From: Pirellulaceae bacterium
Lineage (GTDB): Bacteria > Planctomycetota > Planctomycetia > Pirellulales > Pirellulaceae
Assembly: GCA_026004775.1 (NCBI GenBank)
Contig: BPJU01000019.1
Location: forward strand, 85,471 to 117,470
Direction of reading: 5' to 3'
Length of the DNA: 32,000 nt
The notes below the pieces were generated by a model. That model ran no database searches. It was not told where the DNA came from and saw only the letters and a program-made list of their open reading frames with translations. This document shows, piece after piece, positions 1-9,522 of the stretch. Position numbers and translations under genes: made by a program. Each line of letters opens with the position of its first letter. The stretch's first letter is position 1.

Positions 1-1196
1 AGCAATTCTTCGTCGATGCGGCCGGTGGTTGAGCCGTGCGTGCAGCGCACGTCGTCGGCCTCGATCTCCAGCCCCGGTATGGAATCTGCCCGTACGTCGG
101 GTGACAGAAGCAGATTGTCATTACGCTGGTATCCATCGGTCTTCTGGGCGCCGTGATCGACACGGATCATGCCACGCCAGACGGTGCGTGACTGGTCCTG
201 CAAAGCTGCTTTGTAGAGGAAGTCGCTCTTGCATGCCGGGGCGGCATGGTGCTGGAGCGTGTGGAAGGAAAGATGCTGCCGGTCTTCGGTAAACATCACG
301 CCGTTGACTTGACAGTTGGCTCCCGGCCCCACCAGCTCGACATGCTGGTTGGTTTTGGCCAGACGGCTACCCAAAGCGGCTACGGTCCATTGGAGCGAGG
401 CATCCTGGGCGACCACGGCTTTCTGGTGCGCAAAATGCCACACGCGATGTCCCCAATTCTGGAGATTCACCAGCCGCAACACGGCACCCGGGCCCACATG
501 TACCTCCGTAGCGCCGCAATGGAAACCATCCCCAATCGGTTCCAGGCTACTGGTCTCGATCATCACGGTAGCTTCGCTGCCCTCCTCCAAGATGATCAAC
601 GTCCGGCCAAGATCGGTTGCCCCCGAGCTCAACACGGACAACGAGTGGAAGGGGCGGTCTACGGTCACGCCGCGAGGCACATAGAGCACGCGGCCGCCGC
701 TCCAGAATGCCGACTGGAGTGCCGCGAAGCGGTCGTAGCCCGGATCGATCAGAGGCTGCGTAAGGTAAGGCCGAAACAGTTCCCATACATCGTCGGGCAG
801 GTGCTCGACACTGCTGAAGATCACGCCCCGCTCTTGCCAGTAGGGCTCCAGGTGTTCCTGCACCGTGAAACTGTCCCGCGACCGCACATAACCGGCCAGC
901 TCGACCCCTTCGCTCAACAGGCCGGCCGGCGAATCGCGGGTGGCGGGAGGTTCCAGGGGGAGGCGATAGCGATCCAGGCGGAACGCTCGAATGTCGGTCC
1001 GCAGCCACTCTTCACTGGTGCGCGACGGCCAGTCCATCGCCAGGAAGCGCTCGAGCGCCTCGCGGCGGTGCTCGATCAACCAATCGGGCTCGTGGCGGCG
1101 GCCGATCCAGGCCAGCCAGCCTTCCCGGTCAAAGCGTGCCGGGTTGTCAGTCCTCGAGGCGCCGGCGGCTGCCGCAGCGCTGGTTGGATTCTGCAT
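1..1196 (-). CDS. sufD: Fe-S cluster assembly protein SufD (N-terminus at 1196; C-terminal end runs off the left edge)
   Basis: Absent from the ORF track because the frame is open to the window edge. Manual minus-strand translation from ATG 1196 gives MQNPTSAAAAAGASRTDNPARFDREGWLAWIGRRHEPDWLIEHRREALERFLAMDWPSRTSEEWLRTDIRAF and later VLYVPRGVTVDRPFHSL, which is SufD-like. It starts 19 nt after the sufB stop. Plus-strand ORFs 29..292 and 246..1292 are antisense shadows. Confidence 0.8.
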   Translation of the reverse strand, partial: MQNPTSAAAAAGASRTDNPARFDREGWLAWIGRRHEPDWLIEHRREALERFLAMDWPSRTSEEWLRTDIRAFRLDRYRLPLEPPATRDSPAGLLSEGVELAGYVRSRDSFTVQEHLEPYWQERGVIFSSVEHLPDDVWELFRPYLTQPLIDPGYDRFAALQSAFWSGGRVLYVPRGVTVDRPFHSLSVLSSGATDLGRTLIILEEGSEATVMIETSSLEPIGDGFHCGATEVHVGPGAVLRLVNLQNWGHRVWHFAHQKAVVAQDASLQWTVAALGSRLAKTNQHVELVGPGANCQVNGVMFTEDRQHLSFHTLQHHAAPACKSDFLYKAALQDQSRTVWRGMIRVDHGAQKTDGYQRNDNLLLSPDVRADSIPGLEIEADDVRCTHGSTTGRIDEEL

Positions 1197-1215
1197 GATG
1201 GAACCTCGTCGTCCG

Positions 1216-2640
1216 TTAGCCCACCGAACCTTCCATTTGGAGCTGGATCAGCCGGTTCATTTCGGCGGCGTATTCCATGGGCAGCTCTTTGACCAGAGGC
1301 TCGATGAAGCCGTTGACGATCATCGTGCGCGCTTCGGACTCGGTAAGCCCGCGGCTCATCAGATAAAAGAGCTGCTCTTCACCGATGCGCGACACGCTCG
1401 CCTCATGGCCGACCGCCACATCCTGTTCGGCGATTTCGATGTAGGGATAGGTATCGCTGCGGCTGGCCGGATCCAGAATCAACGCGTCACAGACGACGTT
1501 GCACTTGACGCCTTTGGCGCCGCGCTCGACGCGCACCAGACCGCGATAGCTGGTGCGCCCGCCATCCTTGGAGATCGACTTGGAGATGATCTGCCCGGTG
1601 GTATGCGGAGCGCAATGCACCAGCTTGGCTCCGGCATCCTGGTGCTGCCCGCGGCCGGCAAAGGCAATCGAAAGAATCTCGCCGCGCGCTCCCGGCTCCA
1701 GCATGTACACGGACGGATACTTCATCGTCAGCCGGCTGCCCAGATTACCGTCCACCCATTCCATGGTGGCGTCGGCATAAGCCACCGCCCGCTTGGTCAC
1801 CAGGTTATAAATGTTGTTGGCCCAGTTCTGGATCGTCGTATAGCGGCACCGAGCTCCCCGCTTGACGATGATCTCCACCACCGCCGAATGCAGGCTCTCC
1901 GACGAATACATCGGCGCCGTGCATCCTTCCACGTAATGCACCGACGAACCTTCGTCGCAGATGATCAGCGTTCTTTCGAACTGGCCCATGCTTTCGGCGT
2001 TGATGCGGAAGTAGGCCTGGAGCGGGAAGTCGATCTTTACTCCAGGCGGCACGTAAATAAACGACCCGCCGGACCAGACGGCCGAGTTCAATGCGGCGAA
2101 CTTGTTGTCCGTCGGAGGGATGATCGTCCCGAAGTACTGCCGCACCAGATCGGGATATTCCCGCACCGCCGAATCGGTATCGGTGAAGATCACCCCCTTT
2201 TGCGCCAGTTCTTCCTTGAGCGAACCATAAACGACTTCGCTTTCGAACTGAGCCTTCACACCCGCCAGGAACTTGCGTTCGGCTTCAGGAATCCCCAGCC
2301 TTTCGAAGGTCTCCTTGATCTCCGGCGGCACTTCGTCCCAGGTGCGGCCCTGGTGATCGGTCGGCTTGATGTAGTAGTAAATATCCTGGAAGTCGACATC
2401 GATGCGGCCGCCCCAGGTCGGCATCGGCTTGGACTCGAAGATCTCCAGCGCCTTCAGCCGGAACTGCCGCATCCATTCCGGTTCGCCCTTGATCTCGGAA
2501 ATCTGGGCCACAACATCGCGATCCAGACCTTTCCGAGCCCGAAAACGCTCGCGCGTCTCTGTACGGAAGTCGTACTTGTTGATGGTTCCCAGAAAGTTGC
2601 TGGTCGTCGTATCGGTTGCCATAGTTCGTCCTTCAGTCAC
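1216..2640 (-). CDS. sufB: Fe-S cluster assembly protein SufB
   Basis: 474-aa ORF with SufB-typical stretches: [75 protein letters not shown]. It lies between sufC and sufD. Confidence 0.95.
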   Translation of the reverse strand: MTEGRTMATDTTTSNFLGTINKYDFRTETRERFRARKGLDRDVVAQISEIKGEPEWMRQFRLKALEIFESKPMPTWGGRIDVDFQDIYYYIKPTDHQGRTWDEVPPEIKETFERLGIPEAERKFLAGVKAQFESEVVYGSLKEELAQKGVIFTDTDSAVREYPDLVRQYFGTIIPPTDNKFAALNSAVWSGGSFIYVPPGVKIDFPLQAYFRINAESMGQFERTLIICDEGSSVHYVEGCTAPMYSSESLHSAVVEIIVKRGARCRYTTIQNWANNIYNLVTKRAVAYADATMEWVDGNLGSRLTMKYPSVYMLEPGARGEILSIAFAGRGQHQDAGAKLVHCAPHTTGQIISKSISKDGGRTSYRGLVRVERGAKGVKCNVVCDALILDPASRSDTYPYIEIAEQDVAVGHEASVSRIGEEQLFYLMSRGLTESEARTMIVNGFIEPLVKELPMEYAAEMNRLIQLQMEGSVG

Positions 2641-2698
2641 GTTTCAGCAAGACCGCGTTTCGTGTCAGGTCGGCCAGCCGGTGGCAGCCACCGCCCGG

Positions 2699-3535
2699 TC
2701 AGGAGGCTGCCGCAGCAGTCGGCTGCGGGGCCTGCCTCGCCATCATCGCTCGATTCTCGGCGTCGTCCTCCGGGTACTTGCGGCGGATGCGGTCGTAACC
2801 TTTGCTGTGCAGTTCCTGGGCCAACTCCACACCGCCCGTTTCGACAATCCGCCCTCCCAGCATCACATGCGTAAAGTCGGGCGGGTTGTGCACCAGCAGC
2901 TTGTCGTGGTGCGTGATGATCAGCAGCCCCATTTTGTCACGCCCGATCTGAGCGATGCTCTGGCTGGCGAAACGCACCGCGTCGGCGTCCAAACCGCTGT
3001 CGGTCTCATCCAGGATGGCAAACTTCGGCTGCAACATCGCCAACTGGAGGATCTCGGCACGCTTCATTTCACCGCCCGAAAATCCGTCGTTCACATACCG
3101 CCGGGCAAATTCCGGATCCATCCGGAGCAGTTCCATCTTGGCTTTCAGTTCGTTGCGGAACTCACGCATCGGCATCAACTCTTCGCCCTCGCGCCGCTGC
3201 GGATTGCGCATATTGGTGGCGGCATGTCGCAAGAAGTCGGCCATCCGTACGCCGGGGATCGTCACCGGGCGCTGGAACGCCAGAAACAGTCCCATCCGCG
3301 CCCGCTCGTCGGGCGACTTGTCCAAAAGGCTCTCGCCGTTGAATAAAATGTCGCCGCGAGTCACTTCGTAGTTCGGGTGGCCCATGATGGCCAGTCCCAA
3401 AGTACTCTTGCCCGAGCCGTTCGGGCCCATCAAGGCATGTGTCTCGCCGCGGCGGATCTCGAGATTGACTCCCCGCAGGATCGGCTTGCCCGCGACAGCT
3501 ACGTGCAGATCAACGATGCTTAGCGTGTCGGTCAT
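2699..3535 (-). CDS. sufC: Fe-S cluster assembly ATPase SufC
   Basis: 278 aa. Walker A GPNGSGKST, ABC signature FSGGEMKR, Walker B AILDETDSGLD, and the SufC-type MGHPNYEVT motif. It has a C-terminal low-complexity tail. Confidence 0.95.
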   Translation of the reverse strand: MTDTLSIVDLHVAVAGKPILRGVNLEIRRGETHALMGPNGSGKSTLGLAIMGHPNYEVTRGDILFNGESLLDKSPDERARMGLFLAFQRPVTIPGVRMADFLRHAATNMRNPQRREGEELMPMREFRNELKAKMELLRMDPEFARRYVNDGFSGGEMKRAEILQLAMLQPKFAILDETDSGLDADAVRFASQSIAQIGRDKMGLLIITHHDKLLVHNPPDFTHVMLGGRIVETGGVELAQELHSKGYDRIRRKYPEDDAENRAMMARQAPQPTAAAAS

Positions 3536-3671
3536 GGTTACGGTACTTTGGCCCTCGCGTAACTAAGGAATACTTCTCGATTTGCTAGGTTCTCGAACTT
3601 TCCACACTGGAAAAACCGCGCAGCCTCGATCCCGCGTGGCAACACCCTGCCGAAAGGCCTCGGCCGGCCGC

Positions 3672-4340
3672 TCAACCGGTGATCTTTTGGTGGTCGCGCA
3701 ACGGCTCGCGATCTTCATCCGGCACCAACACATACCCGGTATGGTGCGGCACCGGCAGTTCGTCGTCGACTTTGGTTCCCCGCTTCAAGAATCCGCCGGA
3801 GCCATCGCCGCGTTGCTTGGCCATCCGGTGCCCTTTGATCTTGTCTTGAATGCGCATCAGTCCCTCCAGCAGGGCTTCGGGACGCGGCGGGCAACCCGGG
3901 ACATATACGTCGACCGGCACCACCAAGTCCACTCCTTTGACGACATGGTAGCCCCACTTGAAGTAGGGGCCACCCCCTACGGTGCAGGCACCCATGGCGA
4001 TCACGAATTTCGGTTCGGGCATCAAGTTGTAAAGCCGCCGCACACGGCTGGCCATTTTGTAGGTCACCGTGCCGGCCACGATCATCAAGTCGGCCTGACG
4101 CGGCGTCGCCCGGAAAGCACCGGCCCCAAACCGGTCCATGTCATAGCGACTGGCTCCCGTCGCCATCATTTCGATGGCACAACAGGCCAACCCGAACGTC
4201 ATCGGCCAGATGCTCGACTGCCGAGCCCAGTTGATCGCCTGTTCGACCGTGGTAATCACGACGTTCTCTTCGATGCGCCCTTCGATCCACGCCATACCGG
4301 ATGTCATCGAACTGTCTCCCGCCCGGATCGAGTAATCCAT
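3672..4340 (-). CDS. nuoB: NuoB/Nqo6-family [4Fe-4S] protein (NADH-quinone oxidoreductase subunit B-like), with no other nuo genes nearby
   Basis: ATG at 4340 ([11 protein letters not shown]). Core motifs [28 protein letters not shown] and [11 protein letters not shown] supply the four Cys of the N2-type cluster site. There is a ~55-aa C-terminal extension. The 501-aa track ORF 3672..5177 is an artificial 5' extension running over sufR in another frame. Confidence 0.8.
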   Translation of the reverse strand: MDYSIRAGDSSMTSGMAWIEGRIEENVVITTVEQAINWARQSSIWPMTFGLACCAIEMMATGASRYDMDRFGAGAFRATPRQADLMIVAGTVTYKMASRVRRLYNLMPEPKFVIAMGACTVGGGPYFKWGYHVVKGVDLVVPVDVYVPGCPPRPEALLEGLMRIQDKIKGHRMAKQRGDGSGGFLKRGTKVDDELPVPHHTGYVLVPDEDREPLRDHQKITG

Positions 4341-4417
4341 GCTTATTTCCTTGTACACCGCCGGGGCGGCGTGCGCTTGCGCGGCACCTGCCCGCCGATG
4401 GTAAAAGGGTGAATATA

Positions 4418-5092
4418 TCAATTTGTGGTTAGTTGGCCAGCGTCCTCGGCCACCGGTTCGCTGACCGCCACGGCTTGAAACGTGCAGCACGTCTCGCCGT
4501 CCAGCCGGCAGCGAGTCAACCGCATCGGCTGACCCAACACCTGACTCATCATCTGCCGCTCCATGGCACACAAAGCCCGATCCTGCTCGGCCAACTCCGG
4601 ATACGGGCAGGCCAAGGCATGGAGCACCGGCAATGGTCCGACTTTCTCCACCTCGAACGGGATTTCCCGCTCGGCCATCAGCGCGGCCAACTGTTCCATG
4701 CGCGCTTCGAGTGACGCTCCGTCGATCTTCGAGCTGTACATCCCGGCCAAACGCCTCGAAATGCGCTCGAGCATCCCTCGGCGGATCGCCGGGTCGGGTA
4801 TCGCCCGCAATTCCGACCAGAGCGCTGCGGCCAGGTCGGCAAAGTTGGCGCCGGCAAGCTGATGCCCTTTGTTGGAAAGCGAATACCGGTGGCTGGGTCG
4901 GCCACGTCCCACGCGCCGCGTTTCCCGCGTCACGTAGCCACTGGCCATCAAACGGACCAGCCGTTGCCGTACCGCGGTGGCCGTCACGCCCAATCCGACC
5001 GACAATTCGTGCACAGTCTGCGACGGCTGCCGCCGCAGCAATTCCAGCACCTCGCGGTCGGTCGTTGGTAAATCGGACATCACGCAACTCAC
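4418..5092 (-). CDS. sufR: Winged-helix transcriptional regulator, SufR-like
   Basis: 224 aa. The N-terminal wHTH ([42 protein letters not shown]) is followed by a C-terminal Cys cluster, C-x12-C-x19-C-x6-CC. It heads a co-directional suf cluster. Alternative start MSDLP at 5080. Confidence 0.6.
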   Translation of the reverse strand: MSCVMSDLPTTDREVLELLRRQPSQTVHELSVGLGVTATAVRQRLVRLMASGYVTRETRRVGRGRPSHRYSLSNKGHQLAGANFADLAAALWSELRAIPDPAIRRGMLERISRRLAGMYSSKIDGASLEARMEQLAALMAEREIPFEVEKVGPLPVLHALACPYPELAEQDRALCAMERQMMSQVLGQPMRLTRCRLDGETCCTFQAVAVSEPVAEDAGQLTTN

Positions 5093-5179
5093 AGAACCGG
5101 TAAACCGCCCGTACCGGCACGGCCTTCAGGCTACCCGCTATCGGAATGACCATAGGCTGACGGTACGTCGTTTTCACAA

Positions 5180-5208
5180 TTTTTACAACTCAATGTGCTA
5201 AAAATCAA
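5180..5208 (-). promoter_or_regulatory. Candidate sigma70-like promoter for the sufR-nuoB-sufCBD cluster
   Basis: This is the only AT-rich patch upstream of sufR. The minus strand reads TTGATT, a 17-nt spacer, then TAAAAA. It overlaps an imperfect palindrome CACAAT-N11-AATGTG (5176-5198) that could be an operator. Confidence 0.25.
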
Positions 5209-5470
5209 CCCCCCTCGGGAGTCGGGCACTGAGAACATGTCGTAAGTTACGCCCGAGTCCATAGTTAGTGCGTTATAAATTCCGGTGCTCGCGGCTTGGT
5301 CCCGAACGCAACCCAGAGAAGGATCTTGCAGGCAATCCGCGCCAAACCGGCACGGCTTTTCCCCAAGCCGTTCTCTCGGCACGGCTGAGAAACCGGAGCA
5401 AGCACCGGCAGCTATTTTTACCGATCGGCCACTTGAAACCAGCCGATGAACCGCGGCGCACCGTAAACTA

Positions 5471-5499
5471 TTGACACGGCCAAGCTTATTCTGTAAAAG
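5471..5499 (+). promoter_or_regulatory. Candidate sigma70-like promoter upstream of the symporter gene
   Basis: TTGACA (5471-5476), a 17-nt spacer, then TAAAAG (5494-5499). It would give a ~300-nt leader. Confidence 0.25.
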
Positions 5500-5792
5500 C
5501 CGCCAACGCTGCTGGCGAGCCTTGCGGCCGAACAGCGCAGGCGTCGCCTGCGCGGAGAAACCCTCGTGACAGCTACCCCCTTGAACGGACGCGTGGGCTG
5601 GGATGACTCGACAAGTGGAGGTTACCCTTGGGGTGGATGCCCTCCGTTTCGCCTTTATGGCCGTGTGACGGCTAGGACCGGTTGACGGCTATGATAAAAA
5701 GGACGCAAAGGAATTCGGTTGTTCGCGGCTTGTCGCCGGATGGCCGTCGGGAGTCTCGTGGAAGGTAGGGTGTCGTATCCGGCGAGAACGGG

Positions 5793-7535
5793 GTGGCCGT
5801 CGGGAGTCGCCGGCCATCGGTTGCGAATAAAGGGCCTGCTATGTCGTACATCGCGCCGGGTAAGAGCAATGGGTGGCATGGGTGTCGAGCAAGGTGGTTG
5901 CTGGCCGCGGCAGGCGCGGCGCTCGTGATTGGGTTGATTTGGACAAGCGTCGCTGTCAGCCAGGCCCCAGGTGCCCCTGTCCCGTCTCAAAATGGTGCTC
6001 AAGCCACGAGCGATCCGTCCGAGTCCTTTGCGCCGGGTTGGATGGACGAGGTCGACCGTTTCTTTGGGCGCTGGCTGGTTGCGCCGCTGGCGGCCGTGAT
6101 CTTTTTCGACTTCGGGACGAAGCATTGGTTGGGAACCAGCGTTCCCTTTGTAGTGGTTTGGTTGTTGGCGGGAGCGACTTTTTTCACGCTTCGGATGAAG
6201 TTCATCAACATCCGCGGTTTCCGGCATGCGGTAGCGCTGACGCGTGGAGCTTACGACAACCCTCACGATGCCGGCGAAGTTTCCCATTTCCAGGCGTTGG
6301 CTTCTGCTCTGTCGGCCACGGTGGGGCTGGGAAACATCGCCGGAGTAGCGATCGCCATTGCCACCGGCGGGCCGGGCGCGACGTTCTGGATGATTGTGGC
6401 CGGCTTATTGGGGATGAGCAGCAAATTCACCGAATGTACGCTGGGCCAGATGTATCGCAAGGTGGCGCCGGATGGGACGGTTTCCGGTGGAGCGATGCAC
6501 TATCTGAGCGATGGGCTGAAGGAATTGGGGTTTGGGCGACTGGGGATGGTGCTGGCCGTCTTGTTCAGCATTCTCTGCATCGGCGGTTCGCTGGGGGGCG
6601 GCAATTCGTTTCAGATCGCTCAGTCGCTAAGTGCTGTCCGCACGGAGGTCGCTCTTTTGGACCGCCACCCGTGGATCTACGGGCTTGTGATGGCGTTCAT
6701 GGTGGGACTGGTGATTATCGGGGGCATCAAATCGATCGGCCGCGTGGCGGAAAAAATCGTTCCGTTCATGTGTGGCGGCTATGTGCTGGCGGCTCTCTAC
6801 ATCATCTTCACCCATGCCGACCACGTGATCCCGGCACTGGGACGGATTTTCGGCGAAGCTTTTCAGCCCAACGCCGTCTATGGGGGCTTCTTGGGTGTGA
6901 TGGTCACGGGGATCAAACGCGCGGTGTTCTCGAACGAAGCCGGCGTCGGCTCGGCAGCCATCGCCCACTCGGCGGCTCGCACGCAGTGGCCCATCCGCGA
7001 AGGGATGGTGGCTCTCCTGGAACCATTTATCGACACGGTGGTCATCTGCACCATGTCGGCCCTGGTGATGGTGATCACGGGCGTATTCGAACGCCCCGAG
7101 TTTGCTCAGTACGTAAAGAACGACCAGGGAGCCGCCCTGATGAAAGAAGCGTTCGTCGATGGCGGACATGCCTGGTTCCGGTGGGTACTCTATGCAGCCG
7201 TGGTACTGTTTGCCTACAGCACGGTCATCTCGTGGTCGTATTATGGGGAGCGCTGTTGGAGTTGGCTGTTCGGCCCGCGTACGTCGATCGTCTATAAATG
7301 CATCTGTCTTACTTTCTGTGTACTGGGGTCCGTGGTCCAGGCGACCAATATTCTGACATTCAGTGACCTGTTGATTCTGGGCATGTCTTTCCCGAATATC
7401 CTGGGTGTGGTGTTGTTGAGCGGGAAAGTGCGCGCTGCCTTGGATGACTATTGGGCCCGTTACCGGCGCGGCGATTTTGAAGCAGACCGCCAGGCCGCCT
7501 TGGCCTTCCGCCGCCAGAAACGAAAGGCACTTTGA
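5793..7535 (+). CDS. agcS: Alanine/glycine:cation symporter (AgcS family)
   Basis: Family-typical HFQALASALSATVGLGNIAGVAIAIATGGPGATFWM, FSNEAGVGSAAIAHSAA and ISWSYYGERC, with multiple TM segments. The track start at 5793 is a GTG; ATG 5841 (MSYIAPG) is an alternative. An unusual N-terminal ~90-aa extension has a signal-peptide/TM-like segment (WLLAAAGAALVIGLIWTSVAVSQA). Confidence 0.9.
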   Translation: MAVGSRRPSVANKGPAMSYIAPGKSNGWHGCRARWLLAAAGAALVIGLIWTSVAVSQAPGAPVPSQNGAQATSDPSESFAPGWMDEVDRFFGRWLVAPLAAVIFFDFGTKHWLGTSVPFVVVWLLAGATFFTLRMKFINIRGFRHAVALTRGAYDNPHDAGEVSHFQALASALSATVGLGNIAGVAIAIATGGPGATFWMIVAGLLGMSSKFTECTLGQMYRKVAPDGTVSGGAMHYLSDGLKELGFGRLGMVLAVLFSILCIGGSLGGGNSFQIAQSLSAVRTEVALLDRHPWIYGLVMAFMVGLVIIGGIKSIGRVAEKIVPFMCGGYVLAALYIIFTHADHVIPALGRIFGEAFQPNAVYGGFLGVMVTGIKRAVFSNEAGVGSAAIAHSAARTQWPIREGMVALLEPFIDTVVICTMSALVMVITGVFERPEFAQYVKNDQGAALMKEAFVDGGHAWFRWVLYAAVVLFAYSTVISWSYYGERCWSWLFGPRTSIVYKCICLTFCVLGSVVQATNILTFSDLLILGMSFPNILGVVLLSGKVRAALDDYWARYRRGDFEADRQAALAFRRQKRKAL

Positions 7536-7732
7536 TTGTTTCGCTTGGGAGCCCGGCCTCGTTGCACCGTTTGGCGCTGGACGCGTGTTGAGCCGCAGCC
7601 CGGTTGATTCTTGGAGCCGGCTTTTCAACGTTTGAGCTTGCTCCGCGATGGCGCAACGCAGCGGCCGATGCACCATAAGCTGTCTACCGCTCATGGTGCC
7701 GATGGCAGAAGAAGAGTTGCCACCCGCCGCGG

Positions 7733-8851
7733 TTAAGGGCCCGTACTTTCCGACCCAGACGGGTCGTCCCTGGGAAAATACCGGTCCACCACTTCGTAAA
7801 AATGGTCGGGCGATTGGACTTGGGCGACCTGCGTGCGGAACTGGCGAGCGCCGGGAACACCTTGCGCGTAGCAGCAGGCGAACTTGCGCATCAGCACCGT
7901 GCCACGTTCCATGCCGAACCGTTCGCATACCAGACGGTAGTGGTACAGCAGCCACTGCCGCTGCTCGTCGAGCGTCGGGTCGGGCGGGATCGGCTCGCCA
8001 CGCAGTGCCGCGGCTGCTTGGCGAAAGAGCCACGGCCTGCCCAGAGCAGCTCGCGCTATCATGATTCCGTCCACACCGTAACGGCGATAGGCGGCCGCCG
8101 CTTTTTCCGCGGAGTCGATGTCCCCGTTGCCGATCAGCGGTATCCGCTTCAGATGCGGTTTGATCCGCGCAATTTCTTCCCAATTGGCCTCGCCTCGGAA
8201 ATAATCCTGAGCGGTTCGGCCATGGACGGTTAGAGCGGCTGCTCCGGATTGTTCGACCACGCGGGCCACCTCGATCGCATTGATGCAATCCCGCCGGCAG
8301 CCGAGGCGGATCTTGGCCGTCACGGGTACCGGTTCGCACGCCCGCACCACACGCTCGATAATGCGGCCCATCCGCGGCGGGTCGCTCAGCAGGTACGAGC
8401 CGCTGTGCGCTTTTTCGGTAATTTCTCGCACCGGGCATCCGAAGTTAAGATCCACCACGCTCACCTGGTACTCGTGAGCCAATCGAGCACCCACCATGGC
8501 CAGCCGCTCCGGGTCGTTGTCCCACATCTGTACGGCCAGCGGCCTCGGTTCGTCCTTTACTCCCCATAACCGGTCCGGATGCTCGCACTCGGTACGGTCC
8601 TTCCAAACAAAGGATCGGGCACTCACCATTTCCGTGGCCAGCAGCCCTACCCCGCCGAATTGCCGCACCACCTGACGAAACGCGTAATTGGTAAAGCCGG
8701 CCATGGGAGCCTGAAGAATCGGCGGATCGATCTTAACCGGTCCGATCCAAAACGGCTCCGCCTTGCGCTTGGGTTCGTCGTCGTGCGCAATAACTGGGTC
8801 AAGGCTGTGCGACACCGAGCGAGTTTCGTTCAGGTCGGTGAGCGTTGCCAT
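7733..8851 (-). CDS. dus: tRNA-dihydrouridine synthase (Dus family, DusB-like)
   Basis: ILQAPMAGFTNYAFRQVV, VDLNFGCPV, LTVHGRTAQDYFRGEANWEEI, IGNGDI. I prefer the start at ATG 8851 (MATLTDL), which is preceded by AAGGAAAACGTTC. The track start 8905 adds 18 basic residues. Confidence 0.88.
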   Translation of the reverse strand: MATLTDLNETRSVSHSLDPVIAHDDEPKRKAEPFWIGPVKIDPPILQAPMAGFTNYAFRQVVRQFGGVGLLATEMVSARSFVWKDRTECEHPDRLWGVKDEPRPLAVQMWDNDPERLAMVGARLAHEYQVSVVDLNFGCPVREITEKAHSGSYLLSDPPRMGRIIERVVRACEPVPVTAKIRLGCRRDCINAIEVARVVEQSGAAALTVHGRTAQDYFRGEANWEEIARIKPHLKRIPLIGNGDIDSAEKAAAAYRRYGVDGIMIARAALGRPWLFRQAAAALRGEPIPPDPTLDEQRQWLLYHYRLVCERFGMERGTVLMRKFACCYAQGVPGARQFRTQVAQVQSPDHFYEVVDRYFPRDDPSGSESTGP

Positions 8852-9291
8852 GAACGTTTTCCTTCTTGAACCGCGCCGCAAGTCCAGCCGAAGACCGAAT
8901 TTCACCCTTCAATTGTATGATAGTAATAATTCCACAGAACGACCAAGACCGCCCCGTCGAACTGTCACCGAAACGGTACACGTGTGGTGTGGACCAGCGC
9001 GGCCGACGCACCTCTGTCGACTCGGACCGCGTGTCCGGTAGCTGCACAACAGCCGCACGTCAGCTAAATTGTAACTCTGGGTGGGCGGGCCCGAGGGTGT
9101 GGTGCGACGCTGGGGCCGCTCCACCAAAGCAGGCAAAATGTGACGGTGAGGCTGCCTTCGGCGGTCGGTGGCCGCGCGGGTCATCGACACGCTGGTTTTT
9201 GGCCGATAGGCCAATCGGCATCCGCAGCGGTCGGTGTGAGCCTGTATACCGCTGGATCAGCGAATCGACGGCCACCACTTAAAGAAGTTCC

Positions 9292-9486
9292 ATGCCCGTG
9301 CCAAATCCACGTACACGATTCGACAATCAGGTGCTGGCCGATCTGGAGCGGCGGCACGACGACGTGCTAGAACGGTTGGCGGATTTGGAACAGCGGATCG
9401 ATGCTCTGTTGCGGTCCGTGCATCCGTCGCAATCGGGACCACCCGAGCCGTTGCCTCTAAAAAGGTTGGAACAGCCAGCAGCGTGA
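9292..9486 (+). CDS. Small hypothetical protein with a coiled-coil-like segment
   Basis: 64-aa ORF (DLERRHDDVLERLADLEQRIDALLRSV), 36 nt upstream of and co-directional with the nagA-like gene. No recognisable family. Weak RBS. Confidence 0.3.
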   Translation: MPVPNPRTRFDNQVLADLERRHDDVLERLADLEQRIDALLRSVHPSQSGPPEPLPLKRLEQPAA

Positions 9487-9522
9487 AACCCGTTTTCGGT
9501 CCGGAAACAAGGGAACAAGCCG

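Noticed and set aside
246-2874. Long plus-strand ORFs 246..1292 (348 aa) and 991..2874 (627 aa)
   Set aside because: They are antisense to clearly recognisable sufD and sufB. The translations are R/A/G/H-rich low-complexity sequence typical of shadow frames in GC-rich DNA.
4341-5177. N-terminal 278 aa of the 501-aa track ORF 3672..5177
   Set aside because: Only the last 222 aa are NuoB-like. The upstream part overlaps the convincing sufR-like ORF in another frame and is low complexity.
5521-5720. Glycine riboswitch upstream of the alanine/glycine symporter
   Set aside because: The context is right, and fragments such as CGGAGAA, TTGAACGGAC and AAAAGGAC hint at one. But I could not find the conserved ACCGAAGGGGCAA core or a coherent P1-P3 architecture.
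5873-8438. ORFs 5873..7297 (+, 474 aa) and 6627..8438 (-, 603 aa)
   Set aside because: They are alternative-frame or antisense shadows of the agcS and dus genes. They are arginine- and proline-rich with no family features.
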